A program made the translations under genes and the position numbers. A stretch of DNA of 37,390 nt, from IMG/VR virus record IMGVR_UViG_3300037722_000528, positions 1 through 37,390 of that record; one strand, written 5' to 3'. The DNA comes from a virus (Duplodnaviria > Caudoviricetes). How positions within the stretch are numbered: position 1 is the stretch's first letter; each line of letters begins with the position of its first letter. Positions 16,805 through 25,581 of this stretch are shown in pieces. The notes under the pieces are model-generated. The model made no database searches, was not told the DNA's origin, and saw only the letters and a list, made by a program, of their open reading frames with translations.

Positions 16805-16905
16805 GGGTCCTTCCGGCACCGAACACCTGCGGGTGGCGCGGCAGCGCAGGTTTTCATCACGCGCGCGTATTTCCAGGAGCCTAGTCCAATGATTGCAATG
16901 AGTTA
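16805..16905 (+). other. cos: Lambda-like cos region (cosQ, cosN, candidate IHF site)
   Basis: GGGTCCT at 16805-16811; dyad ACCTGCG...CGCAGGT at 16825-16851 followed by TTTC; IHF-like TTGCAATGAGTTA at 16893; directly upstream of terS. Confidence 0.8.
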
Positions 16906-16914
16906 CGGGCGTCC

Positions 16915-17472
16915 GTGAACGCGCGGAACAAGAAATCGGCGCCGGCCGAACCGGATTCTGCGCAGAAATCCGGGGCTGTTCGGTTGTCGCTCCGGCTCTA
17001 CGGGGAGCACCGGCGGACCAAGGGGCTGCGCGGATACTCGCTACTGGCGGTGCAGCAGGCGATCCAGCGGGGTCGTATCACGCGGCAGTGCGAGCTCCAC
17101 GAGCATTGCCCGATCGATTGCCGGAGGGGGAAGATCCCGCCGGAGCGAGCCGACGCGCAGTGGGTGGCGCACACCACGCCAGGGGCGGACCGCAAGGCGG
17201 ACGCGGCGCCCGAGCTGATCACAGCCAAGGTGATCCGGGAGCAATGGGCGGGGCGGAACGAGCGGCTGCGGTTCGAGGAGCGCGCGAAGTCGCTGGTGCG
17301 GGCGGATGCCGTCCAGCAGCAGCTCTACGCGCGCGGCCGCCAGCTCCGCGACTCGCTGACGCAGGTGCGGCTGCGGCTGTCCTCGCAGCTCGCGGTGGAG
17401 CGGGACCCCAGGCGGATCGACCGGATGCTCGCCGAGGCGTTCGACGAGGTTCTGGAGGTGATGACGAGATGA
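16915..17472 (+). CDS. terS: Terminase small subunit (Nu1-like)
   Basis: N-terminal wHTH-like segment (AVQQAIQRGRI...ADAQW), then a coiled coil (RLRFEERAKSLVRAD); follows cos. Confidence 0.75.
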   Translation: MNARNKKSAPAEPDSAQKSGAVRLSLRLYGEHRRTKGLRGYSLLAVQQAIQRGRITRQCELHEHCPIDCRRGKIPPERADAQWVAHTTPGADRKADAAPELITAKVIREQWAGRNERLRFEERAKSLVRADAVQQQLYARGRQLRDSLTQVRLRLSSQLAVERDPRRIDRMLAEAFDEVLEVMTR

Positions 17473-17573
17473 CGACCGACGATCTGCGCTTCTACGCGAT
17501 GCTGTTCATGGGCGTGTTCGTTGGCGGGTGGATCGTGCTCACGGTCTGGTATCGGTGGCGCGACAGGAGGTGA
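17469..17573 (+). CDS. 34-aa single-TM peptide
   Basis: GGAGG SD, ATGA overlap; MTTDDLRFYAMLFMGVFVGGWIVLTVWYRWRDRR. Confidence 0.55.
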   Translation: MTTDDLRFYAMLFMGVFVGGWIVLTVWYRWRDRR

Positions 17574-17580
17574 CGGCCAG

Positions 17581-18072
17581 ATGAAGATCGGGGACTTCGT
17601 ATCTCGCGATGGGACGGACGTGCACCTTCTCTGCTGGGTGAACTACGCCGGAGACTTGGGTGGCTTCCTTTGCGTAGTTCCTCCCGATTCTGGGTGGACC
17701 AGCCTTGGCGACATGGAAGCGAATCTGATGCGCCGCTACGAACCGCTCGACCCTGCCGAGGTCGTTCGCCATCTTTCAGCGTTTCACGACCCGTCAATCG
17801 TCAGCGCGAAACGAATGCCGATGCAGTTTACGAACGAGGGAAAGGCGCCGAGCGGCGGCGAATACTGGTGGGCGAAGCGTATCGACGATGGATCGATCAC
17901 GATCATCGAGACAGAAGGAGCGGAGGGAGGCCTTGAGTTCGGGAGCGATACACCGTTCGAGTGGCGCGACCGCTACATTCTCGGAGACCAGCTCGCGTTG
18001 CCGTGCATCTGCGACGACACGGTACGCGACCCGAAATGTCCGAAGCACGCGAGTTGGTTCGGTGTGGTATGA
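17581..18072 (+). CDS. Hypothetical protein inserted between terS and terL
   Basis: AGGAGG SD; stop overlaps the terL ATG. Confidence 0.65.
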   Translation: MKIGDFVSRDGTDVHLLCWVNYAGDLGGFLCVVPPDSGWTSLGDMEANLMRRYEPLDPAEVVRHLSAFHDPSIVSAKRMPMQFTNEGKAPSGGEYWWAKRIDDGSITIIETEGAEGGLEFGSDTPFEWRDRYILGDQLALPCICDDTVRDPKCPKHASWFGVV

Positions 18073-20027
18073 GCGAGACTGACCTCGACCGCTACCTCGC
18101 GGATCCGGCCGAGGTGTTCCTGCGCGGCTGGTCCGCCGGCTGTCAGCCCGAGCTCGCGCTCAGCGTCAGCGAGTGGGCGAACCGGGTCCGCATTCTCCCC
18201 GATACCTCGCCCGAGCCCGGGCCGTACCGATGGGAACGAACGCCCTACGTCCGCGAGATCCTGGACAACCTCGGGCCAGATTCCGACGTCTGGCAGACCT
18301 GGATCATGAAGGGCAGTCAGCTCGGCTTCACCACGGTCGGGGAGAACTTCGTCGGATACGTGATCGAGCGCACTCCTGGACCGATGCTCTTCGTGCAACC
18401 AACCAGCGACCTGGTCAGCGAGTGGAGCAAGACGCGGATCGAACCGATGATCGCGGACGCTCCATCGCTGCGCGCGCTCGTCACAGAGGCGAGCACCAAC
18501 CGCGGCGAGAACACGATCCGGCTGAAGCGCTTCCCGGGTGGACACGTCGCGATGATTGGCGCCAACTCAGCGGTCGGGTTTCGCGCGCGATCGATTCGGT
18601 TTCTGTACTTGGACGAGATCGACGGATACCCGCCCGACGTCGGTGGCGAAGGCGATCCGGTCGCGCTCGGGTTCAAGCGGACCGACAACTTCAAGTTCAA
18701 CCGCAAAGTGTTGGTCACGACCACCCCGACCGTGAAAGGCGCTTCGCGGATCGAGAAGGCCTTCGAGGAAACCGACCAGCGCTACTACGAGGTGCCGTGC
18801 CCCGAGTGCGGATCGTTCCAGGTCATCCGCTACGCGAACATCGTCGACTTCGACGAGCATGGCGAGACCGCGCTCCTACAGTGCGCCGAGTGCCGCGCGA
18901 AGATCGACGAGGCCCACAAGCCCAGCATGCTCGCGGCTGGGCGCTGGACCCCGACCACCGAGAGCAAGCGCCCGGGCGTGCGCGGCTACCACCTCTCCGC
19001 ACTCTACAGCCCGTGGAAGACGTGGGGAGCCTGCGTCGCCGAGCACAAGCAGGCGAAGCGCGCGGGCAACGAGGAGCTCCAGACCTGGGTCAACACCGTC
19101 CTCGCGGAGCTGTGGGACGATCCCGGCGCCGACCCGATCGACGAGGACGAGCTCGCGGGGCGCACGGAAGCGTACTCGGCGCGGGTGCCCGAGGGCGGGC
19201 TCATCCTCACGGCCGGCGTCGACGTCCAGGCCGACCGCGTCGAGATCGAGGTCATCGCCTGGGGAGCGAACGAGGAGAGCTGGGGAGTCGAGTATGCGGT
19301 GCTCTGGGGAGACACCGCGGCGCGCCGGACGGCCGGGGTCTGGCCGGCTCTCGCGGAGTATCTCGGGCGGAAGTGGCCGGCCGCGGACGGGAGTCAGTAC
19401 GGGATCGCAGCCTGCTGCATCGACGCCGGATTCAGGACCCAGCAGGTCTACCGCTTCGCCCGGGGCAAGTCGGCGCGGCGCATCTTCGCGGTGGTCGGCC
19501 GGTCCGACAAGGGGCTCCCGATCATCTCGGGCAAGCCGTACCGAAAGCGGAGCGGGCGCAAGGAGCGGAAGGTCGACCTGTTCATCGTGGGGACCGACCA
19601 AGCGAGTGGGATCGTGCATTCGCGGCTGACCAAGTCCGAGGGGTTCGGGATCTGTCACTGGCCCAGCGACGGGCACGGCTACGACCTTGACTACTTCCGC
19701 CAGCTGACGAGCATGCAGAGCAAGATCCGCTACGAGCGGGGCGTCCCGCGCCGGGAGTGGCATCTCCGCAAGGGGAGGCGGAACGAGGCCTTCGACTGCC
19801 GGGTCTACGGGTATGCTGCCCTCCAGCTGATGCCGCTCGACTTCGAGCGCATCGCGAAGCTGAGGGCCAAACGGCGCGAGAGGACCGCTGAGGCCACGGC
19901 CCCGGAGGTGCCCCAGCAGGCCCCAATTGAACCCCAACCGACCTTCGCCCAACCCCGGAGGCAACCGTCGCTCAGGCAGCAACGGAAGCAATTCGGGCTC
20001 GGGAGGTCGCGACCACGGAGATGGTGA
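18069..20027 (+). CDS. terL: Terminase large subunit, lambda GpA family
   Basis: RTPYVREI, MKGSQLGFT, LYLDEIDGYP, TTTPT, YEVPCPECG, TAGVDVQ, RNEAFDCRVY. Confidence 0.96.
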   Translation: MSETDLDRYLADPAEVFLRGWSAGCQPELALSVSEWANRVRILPDTSPEPGPYRWERTPYVREILDNLGPDSDVWQTWIMKGSQLGFTTVGENFVGYVIERTPGPMLFVQPTSDLVSEWSKTRIEPMIADAPSLRALVTEASTNRGENTIRLKRFPGGHVAMIGANSAVGFRARSIRFLYLDEIDGYPPDVGGEGDPVALGFKRTDNFKFNRKVLVTTTPTVKGASRIEKAFEETDQRYYEVPCPECGSFQVIRYANIVDFDEHGETALLQCAECRAKIDEAHKPSMLAAGRWTPTTESKRPGVRGYHLSALYSPWKTWGACVAEHKQAKRAGNEELQTWVNTVLAELWDDPGADPIDEDELAGRTEAYSARVPEGGLILTAGVDVQADRVEIEVIAWGANEESWGVEYAVLWGDTAARRTAGVWPALAEYLGRKWPAADGSQYGIAACCIDAGFRTQQVYRFARGKSARRIFAVVGRSDKGLPIISGKPYRKRSGRKERKVDLFIVGTDQASGIVHSRLTKSEGFGICHWPSDGHGYDLDYFRQLTSMQSKIRYERGVPRREWHLRKGRRNEAFDCRVYGYAALQLMPLDFERIAKLRAKRRERTAEATAPEVPQQAPIEPQPTFAQPRRQPSLRQQRKQFGLGRSRPRRW

Positions 20028-20144
20028 TGGAAAAATATCAGGACCGTCTGGAGCGCGGAATCATTGATCGGGAGCTGTACTGTACTTGGGTGTACTTTTT
20101 TTCTTCCTTGAACAAGTACAGGCCTCCGTGCGCGTTATCGCCAC

Positions 20145-20702
20145 GTGAGTCATACCCCGCTGACAGTGGAGCCGAAGAGGTTCGTGATCGGGACGACGGT
20201 CGTCTGGACCAAGTCGCTCCCCGACCACCTGCCCGCTGACGGCTGGACGCTCGATTACCACTTCGGCGCGACCGCCTCGGAGATCTCGGTTGCCGCCACC
20301 GATCCCGGAGACGGGACCCACCTCGTCACGATCAGCGCCGCCATCTCTGCGGGCTTCGTCGCCGGCACGTATTCCTGGCAGGCGATCGCAACCCTGGCCG
20401 CCGTCCCGTACCTCGTGGGTGAGGGCACCGTCGAGGCGGTTGCCGCCATCGATGGGTCGACCGGCATCGATCTCCGATCGGCCGCCCGGAAGAACCTGGC
20501 TGCGATCGAGGCGGTCATGCTGGGCCGGGCTGCCGAGAAGGATCTCTCCCACACCATCGCGGGCCGGAGCGTTTCGAAGTTTTCGCACAGCGAGCTAATC
20601 GAAGCCAGACGCTACTGGAAGAACGAGGTCGCGAAGGAAGACCGCAGGGCGCGGATCGGTGAGGGCCGAAGCGGTGGGCTCGTACGCGGGAGGTTCGTAT
20701 GA
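20145..20702 (+). CDS. Head completion (gpW-like) protein with N-terminal extra domain
   Basis: Between terL and portal; C-terminal HTIAGRSVSKFSHSELIEAR..W resembles gpW. Confidence 0.65.
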   Translation: MSHTPLTVEPKRFVIGTTVVWTKSLPDHLPADGWTLDYHFGATASEISVAATDPGDGTHLVTISAAISAGFVAGTYSWQAIATLAAVPYLVGEGTVEAVAAIDGSTGIDLRSAARKNLAAIEAVMLGRAAEKDLSHTIAGRSVSKFSHSELIEARRYWKNEVAKEDRRARIGEGRSGGLVRGRFV

Positions 20703-22426
20703 GGCTCCTCCCCTCGGCTGTTCTGCGTTTTCTCCGTGGTGGGTTCGCCGATCCGCCGGCGCCGGTGGTTGCACCCCCGCTTCCGGCGCCGGCTCGGCGT
20801 CCTCGATCTCGCGTTCGTCCGATCTCCATGCGCGAAGAAACCGCGCGCGCCACGCGGGCCTCGGGTGTCTGGACCTCGGGGGGTCATCACGCCGGCGAAA
20901 CCAATCGCCTGACCGGACCCTGGTCGCAGACTCCGCGAAGCATCGACGAGATCATTTGGGCTCAGCTGCAGCCGATGCGTGCGCGCTCGCGAGAGGAGTG
21001 TTTCAACAACAATCACGCGCGCAAATTCCTGCAGATGGTGCAGAACAACGTGTGCGGTGCCACTGGGTTCGTGCTGCAGGCGCAGTCGATCCAGCCTGGT
21101 GGGGAGCGCGACAAGGCCGCGAACAAGGCGATCGAGCTCGCGTGGAAGGAGTGGGGCAAGTTCTCGACTTGCGATTACCTCGGCAAACTCTCCTGGCGTG
21201 AGCTCCAGATCCTGATCGCCCGAAACCTCGCGATGGACGGCGAGGTCCTGATCCAGAAGCTTCGCGGCGCCAAGGTCAACCGGTTCGGCTTCGCACTCCG
21301 GATCCTGGATCCCGAGCTGCTCGACGTGATGGACATTCGAGAGCTGTCCGACGGCGGATACGTTCGCTTCGGCATCGAGTTCGACCGTGAGGGGCGGGTC
21401 CGCGCGTATCACCTATCCAATCCGGCGCGGACGGGCGCCGTGTATCTGCAGCACTCGCGGGGTGAATCGGTCCGCGTGCCAGCGGACGAGATCATCCATC
21501 TCCACCTGGTCGAGCACGCCGGTCAGAAGCGCGGTATCCCCTGGATGGCGACGGCGTTGTTCAAGATGCACACCCTCGACGAGTACGAAGAGTACGCGCT
21601 ACAGAACGCGAAAGCCGGCGCCGCGAAGACCGGGTTCTACCAGCAGAATCCTGAGCTCACCGACGAGGACTATCTCGGCGACCGCGAGGACCAGGAGACC
21701 GGCGAAGTCGAGGAAGACATCGAGCCGCTCAGCGCTCGAAAGCTCCCGCCCGGGTGGACATTCCAATCGTTCGAGCCCGACTACCCGACCGGTGAGTACT
21801 GGCCGTTTCAACGCGCGGGGATTCGCTCGATCGCGGCCGGCCTCGGTGTTTCATATCACTCACTCGCCCAGGACCTGGAGGGCGTTAACTACTCCTCGAT
21901 GCGCGGCGGCGTCCAGGAAGAGCGGGATGGCTGGATGGTGCTCCAGGACTGGGTCGTCGAGCATCTCTGCGAGCCGGTCTATCGCGAGTGGCTCTCCATG
22001 GCGCTGCTCATGGATGCGATCCCCGGAGTCCAGCTCGAGCGCGAATCCGAGTATCAGCGGGTGGTGTGGCAGGCGAAGAGGTGGGACTGGGTCGATCCGC
22101 TGAAGGACGCGAGCGCGCTCGAGCTGGAATACAGCGCCGGCGTCGAGTCGCTCACCGGCTGGGCCCGGCGCAAGGGCCGCGATCTCGAACAAGTCTTCGA
22201 AGAGCGCCGCGCGGAAGAGGCGCTCGCGAAGGAATACGGCATCACGCTCGGCGCTCCGGCAGAGCCCGACCGCAGGCCGTCGTACTCCGACGATCCCGAT
22301 GAAGCCAAGGGAGACGACGAGAAGGATCCAGAGCGGGCGCTCGATGCGCTCCTGATCCGTCGCGTGCTCGAACGGCGGCGTCCGGCTGCCAGTGTCGATG
22401 GTCACAACGGGAGGAACCGGCTGTGA
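20699..22426 (+). CDS. Portal protein, lambda family
   Basis: MRARSRE..NN, DGEVL, GIEFD..GR..AYH, GQKRGIPW, GVNYSSMR, WVDPLKD. Confidence 0.95.
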   Translation: MRLLPSAVLRFLRGGFADPPAPVVAPPLPAPARRPRSRVRPISMREETARATRASGVWTSGGHHAGETNRLTGPWSQTPRSIDEIIWAQLQPMRARSREECFNNNHARKFLQMVQNNVCGATGFVLQAQSIQPGGERDKAANKAIELAWKEWGKFSTCDYLGKLSWRELQILIARNLAMDGEVLIQKLRGAKVNRFGFALRILDPELLDVMDIRELSDGGYVRFGIEFDREGRVRAYHLSNPARTGAVYLQHSRGESVRVPADEIIHLHLVEHAGQKRGIPWMATALFKMHTLDEYEEYALQNAKAGAAKTGFYQQNPELTDEDYLGDREDQETGEVEEDIEPLSARKLPPGWTFQSFEPDYPTGEYWPFQRAGIRSIAAGLGVSYHSLAQDLEGVNYSSMRGGVQEERDGWMVLQDWVVEHLCEPVYREWLSMALLMDAIPGVQLERESEYQRVVWQAKRWDWVDPLKDASALELEYSAGVESLTGWARRKGRDLEQVFEERRAEEALAKEYGITLGAPAEPDRRPSYSDDPDEAKGDDEKDPERALDALLIRRVLERRRPAASVDGHNGRNRL

Positions 22427-24387
22427 AGACGCGGAAGATGCGGGTCCCGGTGCTGCACCGAATCGCGGAGATCTCCGACGAGATGGTCCGCGCGATCAAC
22501 GTCGAGGAGAGGCTCCTCAGCGGCCTGGTCTTCAGCTCGGAGACCCCCGTGCGCCGATGGTTTGGGATGGAGGTCCTCGATCACAACCCCTCGAGCGTCG
22601 ACCTCTCCCGCATCAAGAACGTCGGCTCGGTGCTGATGAATCACGATCCGGACCGCCCCGTTGCGAAGCCGGAGAACGTCCGCATCGAGAACGGAAAGGG
22701 AATTGCCGACGCGCGATTCGGAACGAAAGCGCTTGCAGAGGAAGCATTCCTCGATGTCCGCGAAGGCGTGATCCGTGGCGTCTCGGTGGGATACATCCCG
22801 CTCAAAATGCAGCTCGAGGAGCAAAAGGAGGGAGCGCCCTCCACGTATCGAGTCATGAAGTGGCAGGTGCTCGAGTACTCGCTCACCCCGATTCCGGCCG
22901 ATCCGCGGTCGAACACGGGGATGCGGGACGTGGCACCGGATCAACCGGTCTTCCGCGAGGGGGATCCGGTGTACGAGTGCGAGGTCGAAGAGCCGGACAC
23001 TCAGAGGGAGGAACCCGCAATGAAGAACTGTGGAAAGTGCGGACGCTCCTACGAGGGCGACTCGCACGAGTGTACGCAAGGTGCCGGCGGCGGAACTGCG
23101 ACGCTCGTTCGCGAGGACGTCGTCGCGGAGGAGCGCGCGCGTGTGAAGGCCATTCGCGAGCTCGCGGCACGGCACAAGATGCCTGACCTCGGGCGCCAGT
23201 TCGAGGAGTCGGGCCGCCCGGTCGTCGAACTCCGGGACGCGATTCTGGAGAAGATCGGCGCTCGTGAGACCACGGTCGACGACATCCGCCAGGTCGCCGG
23301 CGGCGCAACGCATCCGGCGGTCGGCCTCAACGACAAGGAGATCAAGCGCTTCAGCTTTTTCCGGCTGATTCGCGCGCTCATGGCGCTCCGCGGATTCCCG
23401 GACATGGGCAAGTCGGTGCTCGAGGATGCCGCATTCGAGATCGATGCGTGTCGCGCGCAGGCGAAGATCCTGGGGCGCGAGCCGCAGGGAGCTTTCCTCC
23501 CGAACGAGGTCGTGTACGGCAAGCGTGAGGACATTCCGTTCCGGCGCGATATCACGAAGGCCACGGAAGGAGCGGACCTCGTCCAGACGCTCAACGTCGG
23601 AGCCTCGTTCATCGATCTGCTGCGCAACAAGACGATCGCGCTCCAGCTCGGGACGGTGCTGACGGGCCTGAAGGACGACATCCTGATCCCGCGGCTCTCC
23701 GCCGGCGCGACGGGATCGTGGGTGACGGAAAACACCGCGCCGGCCGAGACCACGCACACCTTCGACAACGTTCAGCTATCGGCGAAGTCCGTGACTGCGT
23801 TCACGGATCTCTCGCGGAAGCTGCTCATCCAGGCCTCGGTCGACGTCGAGAACATCGTGCGGAACGATCTCGCCGAAGCGATCGGGATTGCGATCGACTC
23901 GGCGGCGATCTCCGGATCCGGCGTCGGTGAGATTCCGACAGGAATCACGACCACGGGAGGAACGGGATCAGTGACCAGCGGCGGGACGGTCAGCTACCCG
24001 AACATCGTGGAGCTTTGGTCCGACGTAGCGGGCGGCAACGCGGACATCGGAACACTCGCGTTCCTGACCTCCGCGCGGGTCGCCGGGATCCTGATGGAGA
24101 CCGAGAAGGCGACGGGCTACCCGGTCTACTTGCTCGATGGTCCGAGCGGCAAGATGCTCGGATATCCGGTCCACATCTCGAATCAGGTTCCCGCCGGCGT
24201 GGGTGCGGGGACGATCATCTTCGGCAACTGGAAGGATCTGCTCATCGGAATGTGGGACGCGCTCGATCTCCTGATCGATCCGTTTTCGCTCTCCAGCCAG
24301 GCCGGGACGAGGGTGCGTGTGATCCACGAGGCCGACGTCGAACTCCGCCGTCTCGCGAGCTTCTCGACGATCGAGGACATCACCTAA
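22423..24387 (+). CDS. Prohead protease - major capsid protein fusion (HK97 fold)
   Basis: N-terminal FSSE.PV.RWFG.EVLDH, LMNHD, GVSVGY and EYSLTPIPAD protease motifs; C-terminal capsid motifs (SRKLLIQAS, LGYPVHISNQVP, IIFGNW). Confidence 0.93.
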   Translation: MKTRKMRVPVLHRIAEISDEMVRAINVEERLLSGLVFSSETPVRRWFGMEVLDHNPSSVDLSRIKNVGSVLMNHDPDRPVAKPENVRIENGKGIADARFGTKALAEEAFLDVREGVIRGVSVGYIPLKMQLEEQKEGAPSTYRVMKWQVLEYSLTPIPADPRSNTGMRDVAPDQPVFREGDPVYECEVEEPDTQREEPAMKNCGKCGRSYEGDSHECTQGAGGGTATLVREDVVAEERARVKAIRELAARHKMPDLGRQFEESGRPVVELRDAILEKIGARETTVDDIRQVAGGATHPAVGLNDKEIKRFSFFRLIRALMALRGFPDMGKSVLEDAAFEIDACRAQAKILGREPQGAFLPNEVVYGKREDIPFRRDITKATEGADLVQTLNVGASFIDLLRNKTIALQLGTVLTGLKDDILIPRLSAGATGSWVTENTAPAETTHTFDNVQLSAKSVTAFTDLSRKLLIQASVDVENIVRNDLAEAIGIAIDSAAISGSGVGEIPTGITTTGGTGSVTSGGTVSYPNIVELWSDVAGGNADIGTLAFLTSARVAGILMETEKATGYPVYLLDGPSGKMLGYPVHISNQVPAGVGAGTIIFGNWKDLLIGMWDALDLLIDPFSLSSQAGTRVRVIHEADVELRRLASFSTIEDIT

Positions 24388-24407
24388 CAGGCAGCACGTG
24401 GAGAACG

Positions 24408-24429
24408 GCGCCGCTCGGGAGGGCGGCGC
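24408..24429 (+). terminator. GNRA-capped stem-loop after the capsid gene (weak terminator or stabiliser)
   Basis: GCGCCGCTC-GGGA-GGGCGGCGC, 9 bp stem; no U-tract. Confidence 0.35.
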
Positions 24430-24462
24430 ACCTCCGCGCATTTCAGAGAGGAGAACGGAACG

Positions 24463-24936
24463 ATGATCTCAAAGCTGCGCAATCTGTGGGCGACCTCGAT
24501 GCTCGTCGCTGTCGTGGTCGCTGCGTGTCTCTGGCCGACGCCTCAGGTCGAGGCCGGAGAGACGAAGTACTCGAACCTCGGCAACATCCTCGATGCGGCC
24601 GCTGACACGACCGGCGAGTGGAACGCCCGGTACAACGGCGCCGGTTTCATGATGACGTGGACCGACGAGGACTCGGCGACGGTCGCGATTCAGTCGACCA
24701 TCGACGGCTCGACGTGGTTCACGCTGTATTCCGCCCTTGTCGATGGCGGAACGACTGGACCGTTTGTAGTGCGGCGGGCGATCAACACCGTCGACTTTGC
24801 CAACACGTCCAACTTCACCACGAACGGTGGAGCGGTAAACAACCTGCCCCTCGGATACAAGGTGCGAGCGATCGTTACCGCTTCGGGCAGCGACACGCTC
24901 CAGGCGGTGAAGTTCATGTTCCTGTTCGCGAGCTGA
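24463..24936 (+). CDS. Signal-peptide-bearing beta-rich protein in capsid-decoration position
   Basis: GAGGAG SD; MISKLRNLWATSMLVAVVVAAC...VEA; mature part with IQSTIDGSTWFTL and YKVRAIVT strands. Confidence 0.7.
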   Translation: MISKLRNLWATSMLVAVVVAACLWPTPQVEAGETKYSNLGNILDAAADTTGEWNARYNGAGFMMTWTDEDSATVAIQSTIDGSTWFTLYSALVDGGTTGPFVVRRAINTVDFANTSNFTTNGGAVNNLPLGYKVRAIVTASGSDTLQAVKFMFLFAS

Positions 24937-24972
24937 TGCAGGCCCGGGCGGTTCGCCCAGGAGGAAACCAAG

Positions 24973-25278
24973 ATGCTGCAGAAGAATCCATTCGGAGTTG
25001 AGACCGTTGACGTCAAGGGGGAGAAAGTCCCGCCGATCCCCGTCCGGCTGCTCCGCCAAGTGAACAGCGGGGCGCACGACGCGCGTGGAAAGCCGATCGT
25101 GATGAAGGCGGACACCGAGCACCTGCTCGATGCGAACTTCGCGCTGCAGCTCATCGCATGCAACCGTGCGGTCCGGATCGAAAAGATGGCACCGGCGGAG
25201 CAGGATCCGGAGCTGGCCGGTGCCGGAGCGAAGGGGGGCGGATCCGCAGGCAAGGGCGACAAGGGCGCCGAGAAGTAG
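24973..25278 (+). CDS. Hypothetical head-region protein
   Basis: AGGAGG SD; ALQLIACNRA motif and a low-complexity tail. Confidence 0.65.
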   Translation: MLQKNPFGVETVDVKGEKVPPIPVRLLRQVNSGAHDARGKPIVMKADTEHLLDANFALQLIACNRAVRIEKMAPAEQDPELAGAGAKGGGSAGKGDKGAEK

Positions 25279-25290
25279 AGGCGGAGACCA

Positions 25291-25581
25291 GTGGCGATCG
25301 GCGACGACCTCTCCGTCTACTTCAACACCGACGACTTCGGAGTCGCGGTGTCGATCGATGGTGAGGACGTCGTCGGGATTCTCGATCAGGAGTACGAGGA
25401 AATGGTGGAAGTCGCGGGATACAACCCGGAGCTGCAAGTCCCGAGCGCCAACCTTCCCGCTGGTATCGCCTACGGATCCGACGTCGTGATCGGCCCGCGA
25501 AACTTCAAGGTGCGAGCGATCCGGCCGGACGTTTCGCAGCGCGTGACCATTCTCGATCTGGAGTACATCAGCACCACATGA
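25291..25581 (+). CDS. Head-tail joining protein (copy 1)
   Basis: YFNTDDFG...GILDQEY...FKVRAIRPD...ILDLE; position between head and tail genes. Confidence 0.75.
   Translation: MAIGDDLSVYFNTDDFGVAVSIDGEDVVGILDQEYEEMVEVAGYNPELQVPSANLPAGIAYGSDVVIGPRNFKVRAIRPDVSQRVTILDLEYISTT

Noticed and set aside
20021-20239. 72-aa ORF after terL
   Set aside because: It overlaps the gpW-like gene out of frame and runs through a T-rich repeat patch that looks regulatory.
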